Shown: one piece after another, positions 48,200-61,600 of the stretch
How the letters are laid out: each line of letters begins with the position of its first letter
Position numbering within the stretch: position 1 is the first letter of the stretch
Assembly (NCBI RefSeq): GCF_044704955.1
Contig: NC_091995.1
Coordinates: forward strand, 15,996,001-16,060,000
Length of the DNA: 64,000 nucleotides
Direction: 5' to 3'
Source: Pristiophorus japonicus
Taxonomy: Eukaryota
Program-made: the position numbers and the translations under genes
Notes under the pieces: model-generated
Database searches by the model: none
The model's input: the letters and a program-made list of their open reading frames with translations, nothing else
What the model was told of the DNA's origin: nothing

Positions 48200-49320
48200 T
48201 GTTGAAGTCCAGATAGCAGAAGTTCTGGCCACATTTCTAAATCCATGTTCAATGTGCAAATGGTGCCGTGGGGCTGGAGAGTATCTAATGCAAAACTTTG
48301 TTCATGATTGGAAATAAGGATCAACCTTGTCGGCCAGTTAGCCCAACATCCATTGTTGCACTAAATCATCCACACATCCAGCTGAAATAAGTAAGTATTT
48401 AAAAATATAAGTGCTAGTCAAAATCTCGAAATTTGTTGATGGTGCAGAAGGTTTGCTAAAAAGTGAGGAGTACTGTAAAGAAGTACAGGAAGAAAACAGA
48501 TAGCATATCAGAATTGGCAACCAGGTGTACCAACGTGGATGTGTGAGGGAATACAATTTTAATGCAAAAATAAGGAGTGTGAGCATACACTCAGTGGCAA
48601 GGCATCCAGGTTTTGGACGAACATTGAGACCTAGGTTTAAAATATACAATTCCCTAAACGTGCGAGGGCGGGGTGATAAATCAGAAAAACCCACAGCGTT
48701 TTGAATGTTATAAATAGGAGCATAGAGTAAACAAAGATAAACACATAATGATGTGTCTGTATGAAACATTGGCCAGGCCACAGGTAGAACATTGTATGTA
48801 GTTTAGAACATCCAATTAAAAGAAGATTTTTAATTTCATAGAGAATCCACAGCGTAGGTTTACCATAATGATGATCGGAATGATAAATTTTAAGTGTAAG
48901 GAGAGAGTTGAGAAAGTAGAATGTTTTCCAGTGGAGCAGAGAAGGCGGAGGAGATTTCATAGACATTTTAAGACTAAGCTTTTGTGAATATAAATATATT
49001 ATTCACTCTAGTTCTAGAGGCAATGGCCAGGATTCAGTCACTTAAAATGTTCATTAAGAGAGTGAGCTTAATACATTTCTTCACACAGCAGGTTTATAGA
49101 GCATCAAGTGCTTTGCCACCAGGAATATCTGAAGCAAAGGCCATTGTATCTTATGAAAGAAATATTGGGGAAAGAACCCGCATAGGAATTATGCTTGCAT
49201 CTCTTTAACAAAGAGCCATATAAAATTCGACATTTATGGTACTGAAGGGGCCCATTTAGCCCATCGTGCCTGTGCCAGCTAAACGATGATGGGCAAAATG
49301 CCCAACTTCTGTATTTTAAA
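48200..49320 (+). mobile_element. Very old CR1 remnant
   Basis: Remnants ISKFVDG, LYETLARPQVEHC and GGGDFIDI. Confidence 0.5.
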
Positions 49321-49690
49321 CAGGATGCAAAAAGAGAAGATTTAACTGTTTGCCATGCATAAAAAGAACTTACAAATCAAAAACCACGAGGACATATTCT
49401 TAACATCGCTTCCAATTTAGTTTTAAATTATGTTCTATCCATCAATTCCCATGGACAGAGAAGATAAGTAATATACTGCAGGTGGCGTTTCAGTATGAAT
49501 TAGTTACTAAAGGAAATAGATTTTAAAAGTATTTATATCCCTTATAATCAGTACTTATACGGAAAATTATAGCAGCATATAAAGTATAAAATTGTTTACA
49601 TTTATATCATTGTATCTCTCCGTCTGTCTAGTGTGTGTTGGTTTGTCTGTCGATTGGAGGATCCGTTTAACCAACCAAGGCTATTTTTAT

Positions 49691-50078
49691 NNNNNNNNNN
49701 NNNNNNNNNNNNNNNNNNNNNNNNNNNNNNNNNNNNNNNNNNNNNNNNNNNNNNNNNNNNNNNNNNNNNNNNNNNNNNNNNNNNNNNNNNNNNNNNNNNN
49801 NNNNNNNNNNNNNNNNNNNNNNNNNNNNNNNNNNNNNNNNNNNNNNNNNNNNNNNNNNNNNNNNNNNNNNNTATCTCTGACTATCTCTCTAGCTNNNNNN
49901 NNNNNNNNNNNNNNNNNNNNNNNNNNNNNNNNNNNNNNNNNNNNNNNNNNNNNNNNNNNNNNNNNNNNNNNNNNNNNNNNNNNNNNNNNNNNNNNNNNNN
50001 NNNNNNNNNNNNNNNNNNNNNNNNNNNNNNNNNNNNNNNNNNNNNNNNNNNNNNNNNNNNNNNNNNNNNNNNNNNNNN
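49691..50078. other. Assembly gaps (N runs 49691-49871 and 49895-50078) within a (TCTA/TCTG)n tract
   Basis: N characters with microsatellite flanks. Confidence 0.98.
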
Positions 50079-52689
50079 CTATCTGTCTGCTTGTCTGCCT
50101 GCCTGTCTGTCTATCTATCTATGTAATAAAGCTTATTTAGAAATATGTTATTGAACTATGGTTGATTTATTGTGATAGTTCAGCAACAACAACAAAATCT
50201 TTAACTTGTTCAAAGGGGAAATGGTATGCTCATCTGTGGTGTAACTTTAGAATTATACACAAGCAATCAAGAAACACAATTGAGCTAAATGAAGCTGACG
50301 GATAGCCTTGCAAAAAAAATCCTAAAGTGGTCGGTCGGTTTATGTATAACAAGCTTTATTGTTTTTAATTAAATTTAAACCGTTTGGAGATTATCGTGGA
50401 AAAATGCACTGCACAAAAGATAAAAAGTACATAAGATTAAAACATGATGGTTGGTTGGAAACAAATCTGAGGGCATGAAATGTTGTTGAACAAGAGGCTT
50501 GCGGTGCATGGTTTTCGGCAGTGTTCAAGCATTATTTGGACGGCATTGGTCACACCTGCTGTTTTTATTTTGATTATTAAATTCAAGCCTGTCAAACTTA
50601 ATGAATGACTGAGGAGAAAGTACTGTCTATCTTATTAGGGCAAGGACACTTAAGGCGCTGGGTTGAAACACCTTGTTTCCCTACTTTACTCAAAGTGTTA
50701 ATTCAGTTGAAATAAAAACAGAAAGAGGAACTGGTACCAACATATTCAGCACTTTACGAAATAGTCACGTGAAAAGTAATTTCTGCCCTTACATATTACA
50801 AGGATAAGGAGATAATCCAACTGGACTCTGTGAGACACAAGCTGGACAAAGAGACAAGAACTATCCGCTGATCATTTTCCCAATTGAGTGAATTCTTTCA
50901 AAGTGATTTTTAAATTTCTCTCATAATAGCAAGCATGTGAAATATTCCGACAATGTTCACAACGCTCCCAACATATAATGGCAGATTAAATCACCCTCCC
51001 CTCCATATAGCTACAAAGCACAGTTACGTTTTTAAAATACCTTCTGTGCGATAAACATAAAGATAAGCTGTATTTTTAGATTCTGGCGAATATCCTCCTT
51101 CCAAGGGATCGACTTCAATAGACAACTTCAGGCTTCTGAGAGTCCTATTGTGGGTAAAAAAAAAACTTCTCCCAAAATTCCGGAACAATGCGAATAGTTA
51201 CTGATTAAGGCGGGTTTGGCCGACTGTTTAATCTAAATTTCAAACAGATTGTTCAGTCAACGAAATATTCTGGGCCTCGTTACTAGACGGGATTTAAGTA
51301 GATTTCTGAGCTGATATTTTCCTGAGGAGTTGCTGGTTCTTAACTCAAATTACAGCTTCGCTGCGGTCCGTGGTCAAATCCTGATTGATTTTTTTTTGCC
51401 TCGCCAATTGTACGTTTTCAGCGTGGAGGCAGTCTCTGCTCTCCAGTTGGGCTGCTGCTAGATTTGAATTCCTCTGGTGTGCCAGATGGTATACCACAAC
51501 ATGATTGTCTCCTCCAGACTTTCCTCCGCCAATTCTGACGGTTTGCTTGACTGACAAGGGTGAGGGGAGTACTTCCTTTTTTTTAAATAAAAAGGAAAAC
51601 CTCATTACATTCGTGCCTGTGTCATGCTATTCTTAACATGCTATTTTTTTTTGATTGATGTTGAGACACACACTACAGCAATGCCTGTCACAGTGTCATG
51701 AAGCACGGCACGCCAAAAGATTGTGAATCCCATTCTCATATTCATTTTAGTCATTTTGACCGAGATTAAATATCAGACCTCGTTGAAATAGGCAAGGCAG
51801 CATTTATTGCTTACATTTGTACATTTGATGTAGTAACTAGAATCAGGAGTAGATTATCTAGCTTTGATGGTTTAACGGTCGTCGATGGTGTTTGATCTGA
51901 ACTGCATAGTCACCTGGCAGGCTGTGTCGAGTAACGGATTTCTTTTTTCGATTGTAGGGACATGACACGTACTTAAACTAATAGGCTGCATGGCTGAAAC
52001 ATGAACCTTAAAGCACCAGATTTTAATGAAATCGGAAATTGTGGGACATAGATAACCATCAGACAATAATCTGAAAGAGCGATATATGTTAACATTTCGA
52101 CTAAAAGACTTGATAAACGGTCCCACTTGTAATTGTTAATTTCTTTCTTTTACAGATGCTGTTTGATCTATTCTACTGCACTCATATTTTCAATTTTTAC
52201 ATGGCAATGATATAGGGCCTAAAATTATATTCTTTAATGCTGGATGCACATTGGTCAGAAATTCCCAATCCACACTTAACTAAATTTAACTAAACGCTTT
52301 TAAATAAGTATGTAACATGCATTTGTGCCATAAAGGAAGGAGAGGAATTCAAGAATGCCATGCTCTGTAAACTCACAAGAATAGCTTGATGGCTGCAGCG
52401 CCACTGCTGGCTGATGGGTGAATATAACGTTTATATAAGCAGTTTTCATTTCAGGGCACAAACTTGAGCGTACCTACACACGTGGTATAGTCGTCCATTC
52501 TGAGCTCTAGTTTGACCACAGCAAGGTCTACTGGACCTCTACATCTTCCACTAAAATGGCCCACTGTACCATGCTCCTGTTTTCTATTACCAACTACCTC
52601 CCTAAACCACTGCTTCCTGGGCTGAATGGGTTCTATTAGGACAGATTGCAAAGATTCGGCTTGTAATTCCTTGAATAAAGAACATTGGG

Positions 52690-53060
52690 GGTTAAGATAT
52701 TTAAAGGAGCTGATAGGGACGATAGAGAGAAATTATTTCCTCTGGTGGGGGAACCTAGAATCTAGAATCAGAGGGCATAACTTTCAAATTAGCGCTAGAC
52801 CGTTCAGGGGTGATGTCAGGAAACACTTCTTCATGCAAACATTAGTAGAAATCTGGAAATCTCTCCCCCAAAAAGATGTTAAGGCTGGGGGTCAATTAAA
52901 AATGTCAAAACTTAGGTTGATAGATTTTTGTTAAGTAAGGGTATTAAGGGTTTCAGAACCGAGGCGTGTAAATTAAGATACAGATCAGTCATTATCTAAT
53001 TGATTGGCAGAACAGGCTTGAAGGACTGAATGGACTACTCATATTCTTATATTCCTATGC
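52690..53060 (+). mobile_element. CR1 3' fragment
   Basis: ORF ESRIRGHNFQISARPFRGDVRKHFF...EIWKSLPQ. Confidence 0.8.
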
Positions 53061-53959
53061 CATTCCATCCACACTTCTGAATTCTGTGCGTGCTATAAAC
53101 TGATACAGATTTGCTTTATTCCTGATTAGGTTAACATTGTATGTGCTTTAACACAATGTTCACCTGATAGTTTCACAAGCTGTCCGTAACGAACATGTTA
53201 AATGGAACTTGGACATATTTCTGCCAGCAAAATTGAGGCTTTGCTCATTGTTACCATAACCCAAGTTCCATTGCAGACTACATCAGCAGATGAACGATTA
53301 ACACACTGGTGTAACAGCGCACTGTTGACTATTTTAGTGGAGGCTTGAAACCATTGAAACAGAGCGGGTTCATGTCTGCATTAAACGAGGTACAAGAGAA
53401 TATAATGCAACTGCATTAACTGATGCGTCAAGCTAATATCACCAGCAGTAATTCCACAGCTCAGCGCAGAGCATTTTTGTAGAAAGCAGCACTATCTGTT
53501 GGCAGCTGGCTGGTATTGCAGCCCTTTCAGCTACTCATCCCCCGCACCTACTTGAAGGGATGAAACTTTTGAAAATTTCGAAAATTGCAGTGGATTTGGC
53601 TATTGCAATAGATTCCTGTGGTTAAAGAACACATTGACATCGCGTCATGCAATTCCAGTACTGCATGTCTTATACAACTGAGATGAAATGAAGATGTTTA
53701 AATATTTTAGATGTTTGACAAGCCATTCTAATAGATCTAATACATTCTGAGATGCATTCTACGTCCCTTACTTCATTCTGCGATGTTAAACATCGTATGT
53801 TGCTGAGAAGGAATGGCTAAGCTCTGAGTGCATAATTAAAACAAAGTGAGGTGAAATCAGAAACACTGTATTTATATTACATGAGCCCCATTGTAACAGA
53901 ATTAGTTCCCGCTCGGCTGAATTTCATTTAAATGGTTTGCTCGGCATTGGAGTGTGTGT

Positions 53960-54500
53960 TTTTTATTCGTTCGTGGGATGTGGGCATCGCTGGCAAGGCC
54001 AGCTTTAATTTTCCATTCCCAATTGCCCTTGAGAAGGTGCTGATGAGCTGCCTTCATGAACCGCTGCAGTCCGTGTGGTGAAGGTGCTCCCACAGTGCTG
54101 TTAGGGAGGGAGTTCCAGAATTTTGACCCAGCGACGGCGAAGGAACGGCCGATATATTTCCAAGTCAGGATGTTGTGTGACTTGGAGGGGAATTGCAGGT
54201 GGTGGTGTTCCCAGGCGCCTGCTGCCCTTGACCTTCTAGGTGGCAGAGGTGATGGGTTTGGCAGGTGCTATTGAAGAACCCTTGGCGAGTTGCTGCAGTG
54301 CATCTTGTGGATGGTACACACTGCAGACACGGTGCATCGGTGCTCCAGTGAGTGAATGTTTAAAGTGATGGATGGTGTGCCAATCAAGGGTATGAGCTGT
54401 ACTCATCCAGGCAAGTGGAGAGTATTCCATCACTCTCCTGACTTGTGCCTTTTAGATGGTGGAAACGCTTTCAGGTGTCAGGAGGTGAGCCACTCCTATT
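53960..54500 (-). mobile_element. Non-LTR retrotransposon (CR1/L2 group) 3' end
   Basis: ORF MMEYSPLAWMS preceded by KAQVRSD; same tail family as 6805-7310. Confidence 0.7.
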
Positions 54501-54935
54501 TGATACGCATAGGTGCTTAGCATGTCTGCTAGGGGTCATTTTAAAATATTTTCAGAGCAAGGTCATCGTTTAATGCATGGGTAACATTGCAACGGAGTTA
54601 TATGAGTATGGCGTTGCTGTCAAACGGTGAGATGATGGTCACGTGCGGGGGTCCGACATTATTGCCCTCGAAGTCATTGGGACCGACTGCTGATCATAAC
54701 TACATTAAAATGAACATAAAAGTGTAAGTATCGCTGTACCTTTATTCCAAGAGTGGATAAGCTATTCGGCGTGTGGGTATCAGAGCCCGTGTTGAGCGAG
54801 CACACCTTCCCATGCTCACACTCTCGATTTTTAGTAAGTGGTGCTATGTGGGGAGGAGACGGATTCCGTTACTACCAATTGTACGTTACCAGAGCGAATT
54901 GCGCACCGATTATTGTTAAGGCATTCCTAGAATTC

Positions 54936-54950
54936 TGCGCCATCTAGTGG
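54936..54950 (-). promoter_or_regulatory. CTCF-binding motif
   Basis: Minus strand CCACTAGATGGCGCA closely matches the vertebrate CTCF core; lies in unique DNA between genes B and A. Confidence 0.5.
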
Positions 54951-55689
54951 AAATGTTTGCAATAGCCAAAACTCCGCGGTAAAAATAACAAAGAGAAAAG
55001 TTGTTTTCACAAGTTCTTACTGCAGTTTTAAAGGACTGCCTACAAGGTGAATCCGCCGCTCGGGCTCCAATACGAATGAAGAAGTGGACAATTAGCTCTC
55101 GGATTTTCCAAGTCATCTCATTCAAGATACACTCCCGAGCCATGCAAAACCTCAATATAGTCCCTGTGCTGTCTTTCTCTCACTGGTTCATCCGTTGTTC
55201 AAGATAACAAATAGAGAAAACTGGAATTCCGGTCTAAATGCCAGATAAACATAATGCGACGACACTATTACATTACATTCATATTTATTTCGGTAAGTAT
55301 TTTGACCCGCACATTAATTTGCAAATATTCGTGTTTCCCAAAGACATTGCATAGCCTATCAGCAATAACACTATTTATTTACAAAAACACCATACCGTGC
55401 TTGGAAAATCACTGCTTGATCGCGCCGGGTTGAAAATATGCTGGGTTATCACGGTTTTTGCTGCTAGCTTCAAAAGATGTATACACCCCCCCCCCCCTCC
55501 CCGCCCACAGAACCCCTCCACCCCCGCCTTTGGAGAAGCGTACCCTTGGTGTACTACCCAAACACTCACAGGCGTTTGACTGAAGCACCTGTGGAATATG
55601 TTGCAAAGAGAACCAGTGATGTTCGGCCTCCGCTTGACACTGGTAAGATGCCAAGCAATCTGACGTGCATTCTGGAGGGCCTGTACTGT

Positions 55690-56245
55690 ATACACCGTCC
55701 CACACAAACACATTGTCCCACACACACGCATGCAGACATCATTCCACACTTACAGACTCAGTGTCCCTCCGACTCCACACACAAAACCACACTGTCCCAC
55801 ACACACAGCAGCGAGATAAACATCATGCTACACATACACATAGTGTTCCGCCCGACCTCCAGCCCACAACCCCGCACCCTCCCACACACATACACACACA
55901 CAAACACCATCTCACACATACACACCGTCCCACACAAACACATACACACGTGCACACATCATTTCATGCATACACATACAGTATGTGCCCCCCCCATACA
56001 CACACACATCTCACACATACATACCGTGCCACACACATACATACACACGCGCACACATCATTCCACACACACATACACCGCCCCCCCCAAACAGACACCT
56101 TCACACACACACCACCACCACCCGCCCCCCCCCAAACACACACACACATATCGCCCCACACAAACACACCGCCCCCCACCCCCCGCCTCACAGACACCGT
56201 CGCATAAACACCATTCACCCACCACACCCGCACACATACACAAAC
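55690..56245. repeat. CA/C-rich low-complexity tract
   Basis: Degenerate (CA)n with cacaccgtccca units; source of the His/Thr-rich ORFs. Confidence 0.9.
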
Positions 56246-56579
56246 AATAGGCAAAGCACAGCCACACAGAGGGGATGTTAAGATAGACCACAGATCACTG
56301 GCTCCAGACAGCACGCTAATGATAACCCAATCCAGTGTTCCAACCCGCTGGTCAGTAACCTGCTTCCTCACTTAGCCACCAATACGAAAGCATCCTCAAC
56401 GCTGACATCTGTAATCATGTCACTACAAGCAAGCTAGCAGACGTGCATCACATGGTACTCCTGCAAATGCCCAGGGCACATGTTGTACAGATCTGGAATG
56501 AAAGGTCAATCTCTGTAAAATTATTTCGAAAGAAATAAAACTAGGTTTGGGGCAGTTAGGCAAATTGGGCTGAAGCTCC

Positions 56580-56895
56580 AGTGATGTACTGTCGGAGGTG
56601 CCGTCTTTCAGATGAATTGTCTGCTCCCTCAGGTAAAAAATCTCGCGGTAAAATTTCGAAGAAGAGCAGGGCAATTCTCCCCGGTGTTCTGGTCAATATG
56701 TATCCCTCAATCAACGGAGGAAAAACTGATTATCCGGTCATTATCACATTGCTGTCTGTGGGAGCTTGCTGTGCACAAAATGAATGCCGCGCTTTCTACA
56801 TTACATCAGTGACTACAATTTAAAAAGTACTTCATTGGCTGCAAAGCGCTTTGGGACGGACATCCGGTGGTCGGGAAAGGCGCTATATACATGTC
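56580..56895 (+). mobile_element. SacSINE1/DeuSINE-like SINE, 5'-truncated
   Basis: gtcggaggtgccgtctttc...gaagagcaggg...gggagcttgctgtgc...aaaggcgctatata. Confidence 0.8.
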
Positions 56896-58199
56896 ATTTC
56901 TCAGACGTGGCCAGTGGGTGTCACTTTTACTAGTGGGAACATCATTGAAGATGGGTAGGGATTTGTCTGTTAAGGATTTTAGGGAAGAAACTTCAAGAGG
57001 ACAGATTGAACTGAATTTAGGTAAATGAACGTGGGAATACCATCAATAATACTTTGGTTTGAAATAATTGGTGATAGAGGACGGAATGGGAGAATCTGCT
57101 GATGGCACGGCATCTTGGCACAGTCGGGTCCATGTTGCTTGATGACAATCTGGCAAGGGTTGGATTACAACAGCGTTTCAAGTTATAAATTAGAACAATA
57201 TTTAAAGACGTTTCAAATTTCAGACAGATCTTTACCATGCTCACAGCACAGGTGCTATCTCTGACCAACGTTCTTCCCAATCAACGGAAACTAGGGGGAT
57301 AATTGATAGCCAACAGGCCGGGCGGAATTTAAAGGGTCGGGTGGAACCGGTATTTGCACGCTGCCTAAATTGATCTACAGTGCCTTCAATGGAGAGCAAA
57401 ATCGGACGGACAGCATTGGGCACAACCAGCATTGCACCCGACCCCGCACCTTGCCGACAGGCGGATTCGGATAAATTTGCACCTTCTCTCTGCGCTTTTT
57501 AGCTCTAAAAGCAGTTTCAAATCCGTGTACCATTGACATAGCACTAGCGCTTTTGGAGAAACGTATCTTATATTCGCCATAAAAGCTGTTCTGTTGTCAA
57601 GTAGGTTTAAGCACGAAAAGTTGTTGTATGACACGAAGAGCATTAGAATATCAGGGCGTTATTAAGTCATTCACATTTTTAAAAATGTAATTAGCGGAAT
57701 TCTATATATTTTTTTGCTTCAGGGATGTGAGCGTTGCTGGCAAGGCCAGCATTTAATGCCCATCCCTAATTTCCCTGGAGAAGGTGGTGGTGAGCCACTT
57801 TATACAAATAAGTGACTTGCTAGGGGTTTTCAGAGGGCACTTAGGAGTCAACCACGTTGCTGTGGATCTGGAGTCACATTTAGGCCAGATAGGATAAAAA
57901 CGGCAGATTTCCTTCCCTAAAGGACATTAGTGAACTAGATGTTTTTAAGAAAATATGGTAAATTCATGGTCAGCATTACTGATACTAGCTTTCTATTTCA
58001 GAGTGTTTTTTAATTTAATTAACTAAATTTAAATTCCACAGCTGCCGTTGTGTGATTTGAACTTATGGCCCACAGGTCAATAGTCCTGACCGCAGAATTT
58101 CTATTACCAGTACCATAACCATACCGTACGAACTCGCCAGAGCACAATGTTAGAAAAGCTAAAATGATGTACTGTTACCAGTGGAGTACAAGACATCAA

Positions 58200-58378
58200 G
58201 GGGGAGATGAAATTGGTATCCCGCAGCAGCACAGCATGGGCGATATTTCAGCGCTAGCCTTATGCTCCATCCGATTTTATTCTCCATTGAAGTCAATGGA
58301 ACAGAAAATCGGCTAGCGTGCAATACAGGCTGCCCATGCTTTTTATAAACCTACCGCCCAAAACCAGTTTCGCCCCCA
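58200..58378. repeat. Palindromic MITE-like element in the gene B 3' UTR
   Basis: Arms ggggagatgaaattggt / accagtttcgccccc with centre tccattgaagtcaatgga; related copies near 57295-57485 and 62960-63125. Confidence 0.6.
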
Positions 58379-58395
58379 TTGTCCTTCCACACTGT

Positions 58396-58611
58396 TTAAA
58401 TCTTATCTTTTCCCCTGAGGTCACGGGAATTGGCGTATGTAACCTCAGGTCGTCGGGGTTTGGAGAACACGGGCGTACTCAATGAGTTTATTGAGGCGTA
58501 TTCGACGTGATCTACGTTCCTGTTCACTCTGTCCTTCTTTCTCCCTTGCTGTATATTCAGCTGGGCGTAATACTGAGGCTCTTCCCGAGCAACCGTATGA
58601 TGGGGAAATCC
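58396..58611 (-). CDS. Gene B terminal exon with tyrosine motifs QYYAQL, VEYASI, VTYANS
   Basis: Acceptor attttaatacttttag; 71 open codons to TAA at 58396-58398; ITIM/ITSM-like motifs. Confidence 0.82.
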   Translation of the reverse strand, partial: GFPHHTVAREEPQYYAQLNIQQGRKKDRVNRNVDHVEYASINSLSTPVFSKPRRPEVTYANSRDLRGKDKI

Positions 58612-61600
58612 CTAAAAGTATTAAAATATTATTATCAAGAAACAGCAATTTTCATAACTGGAACGTTGTGTTTTTTTTAAAATTTCAGTTCAATTGCCAC
58701 ATTCCCTTCCACACTGTGTTAAAATCAAGAATCGTGGCACTTTCTCCTGATTTAACTTTTGCCTTACACGCAGTCGGAATGGGCCAACACCTTAAATGAA
58801 TGGACGTCCCCTGACTCTCACAAGCTTATTAGTAAACTCGATCTTGTTTCAATCTCATTAAGTATTTTTAAGTTGTCTTTTCTGCTACTTCAGCATCAGT
58901 GGATCCCTGTTTTTCTACAAGGTTTCAATAAAAAAAATCGCCAAAATCACAATATCACAAATATGTTACCTATCACAATGTTTATAGCGAGACAAGAAAA
59001 TCATCCCTATCAAAGAACCCCATTTAGAAATCATCGGGTGCACCATTAAATTCATCTTTCTGTGTTTAGGAAGGCGATGGATACAAGGAAGAGTTTCCAC
59101 TACCAGAGCATGGCGGATAACATTGGCCTGATACAAAGTACAGCTTCCTCGACTCTATAAATGGACTATGTCAGGAAGCACTGCTGTTCCAGAATTACAA
59201 CATTTTCCTATTGTCCACTAGTATTGGAACCTTTATAATGAGTGATCTGAGTGAGATTGTCAGTTCGATACAAATTTAACGGCAAAATTTTGACTGAGGT
59301 AAATACAAAATGGGGATTGAATTGGGATGCAATAAGCCCGTTTCAATGTGACCAAGTACAAACAGAAATGATTAGGAGGTAATTAATTGTTGGCGGGGTC
59401 GCAAAATGGGCGAAAGCAAATTGACCCACTGTGTTCCACCTCAACGGAATTTGTTTTCCATTAACTACAGGGCTAACAGTTGGAAATCACAGTTATCCTT
59501 CACCGCCTAAGCCCAAATTTATCCCTTAGATGTGCATCGCGTTAGATTGAGTTGATTGAAATTCAAACGGTAATTAAGTAGGAGAGTGGTAGAAGTTTGG
59601 AACTCTCGGCAGTTCATGCTATGTCAATTGTTAAGTTTAAAGCTGAGATTTTTGTAACCGAATGGTATTATCGATATGGGCAAAGGCGCATACATGGAGT
59701 TAGATCGCAAATCAGCCATGGTCTCATGGAATGGTAGAGCAGGCTCAAAGAGCTCAATGGCCTCCTCCTGTTCATGTGCTCCTATGTTCCTATGATAGTG
59801 GCATTGCTGCGCATTCCATCAGTTTCAATCAACTGTCATTCAGCAATGTGTATGTGTATAGAATCATAAAAACCCAGAATGGGGCCATTTGGCCGATCGT
59901 GTCTGTGTCGGCTCTTTCAAAATGTTACCAAATTAGTTCTATTTCCCTGCCATTTCCCATAGCCCTGCAAATGGTTCCCCTTCAAGCCTTTATCCAACTC
60001 CCTTTTGTAAGTTACTATTGAATCTGCTTCCACCGCCCTTTCAGGCAGAGCGTTCAAGACCATAACAACAACCTGTATACTTTTCCCAATTACGTTAAAT
60101 CTGTGTCCTCTGGTTACCGACCCTCCTGCCACTGGAAAGAGTTTCTACTTATTTACTCTAGCAAAACACTTCATAATGTTTAACACCGCTACTAAATCTC
60201 TCCTTAACCATCTCTGCTCGAAGTAAAGCAAAGCCAATTTCTCCACTCTCAACGTAACTGAAGTCCCGCATACATGGTACCATTATAGTAAGTCTCCTCA
60301 GCACCACCTCTCAGACCTTGACACCCTTCCTAAAGTGAGTCCATAATTGGACACAATACTCTTGCTGAGTCCTAACCTACATTAAAATGGAACCTGAAAG
60401 CTGAATGGCTGCTTTACATTTTAGATAATGGTGCATTTTAACCCTTGGAACCTTAAATTATTGGGACGTTAATTACCTGTTACAATTGTATATCACTTCA
60501 CATGTAAACATCTCATTGTTCTTACCTGTGTTGTTGCCAGTACGTCACCGGAATCTGTGGTAATGAGAACATGCCAGAATTATTTTGTGCCAAAAAAAAC
60601 TATATTCGTCATCTAATAGGATGTTTAATGCAGCCAGTTAAATAGTAATAAGAACAAACAAAGAATCTCATCTCGGATCACAGATCAAAACTGTAACAAA
60701 AATTGAAATGCTTTCCCTTCCTATTAAAATCTCGAGCAAAAACGAAATAAAGTACAAGTAAAATTGTTAAATAAACTCTGATTCTTCCCCTGTCCATGAC
60801 AGCATCTACACCATGTTAGGACAATTCAGTAACAACATGTTGAGACTCAGGGACAGCCTGCAGTCTGCTCCCTAGTTACATCATGTCAGCTGTGGCTCAG
60901 TGGGCAGAACTCTCGCTTCTGAGTCAGAAGGTTGTGGGTCCCAATCCAGGAACACCAAAACGTCTAGACTGACACTCCACTCCAGTGCAGTGCTGAGGGA
61001 GTGCTACAGTGTCGGAGGTGCCATCTTTTGGATGAAACATTAAATCGAGGCCCCATCTGTTCTCTCAGGTGGACGTTCAAGATCCTATGGCACTATTTCT
61101 AAGAAGATCAGGGGAGTTATCCCGGTGCCATGCCCAATATTTATCCCTCAATCGAAAAACAGATTATCTGGTCATTATCGCATTACTGTTTGTGGGAGCT
61201 TGCTTGGGTGCAAATTGGCTGCTGCGTTTCCCACATTATAACAGTGCCTACACTCCAAAAATATTTCATTGGCTGTAAAGCGCTTCAGAAGTCCTGTGAT
61301 CGTGAAAGACGCTATATAAATCCAAGTCTTTCTTTCTTTATCATCATTTGAACAAAAAGTTGTTTTTAATTCTCTAGCAATCACAATTGCTTGCCGTTCT
61401 ACTATAAAAAAAACCCTCACCTAAATCCTCAATTTACCGTTAAGCACTTAGAAATGTTGCGCAGCAATGGCTCTGGTCGCTATGTGTATCAGCATGGTCA
61501 GTTACTTAAGATGTTCTATTCTAGCAAATTCGTAAATATATTTTAATCGAGTTGTGTTCAATTTGATCAACAAAGCGTGCAGCGGAATGATGGTGATAAT

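Noticed and set aside
49592-50154. 182-aa and 173-aa ORFs
   Set aside because: They are open only because they run through N gaps.
52140-52220. Strong plus-strand acceptor followed by ATG (similar acceptors near 21744 and 33058)
   Set aside because: Short frames with no donor partner or recognisable peptide; expected by chance in AT-rich DNA.
55477-56371. 257-aa and other His/Thr/Pro- or Cys/Val-rich ORFs
   Set aside because: Translations of a CA-rich low-complexity tract.
60885-60960. tRNA gene
   Set aside because: It is a decayed SINE head without an intact B box or cloverleaf.
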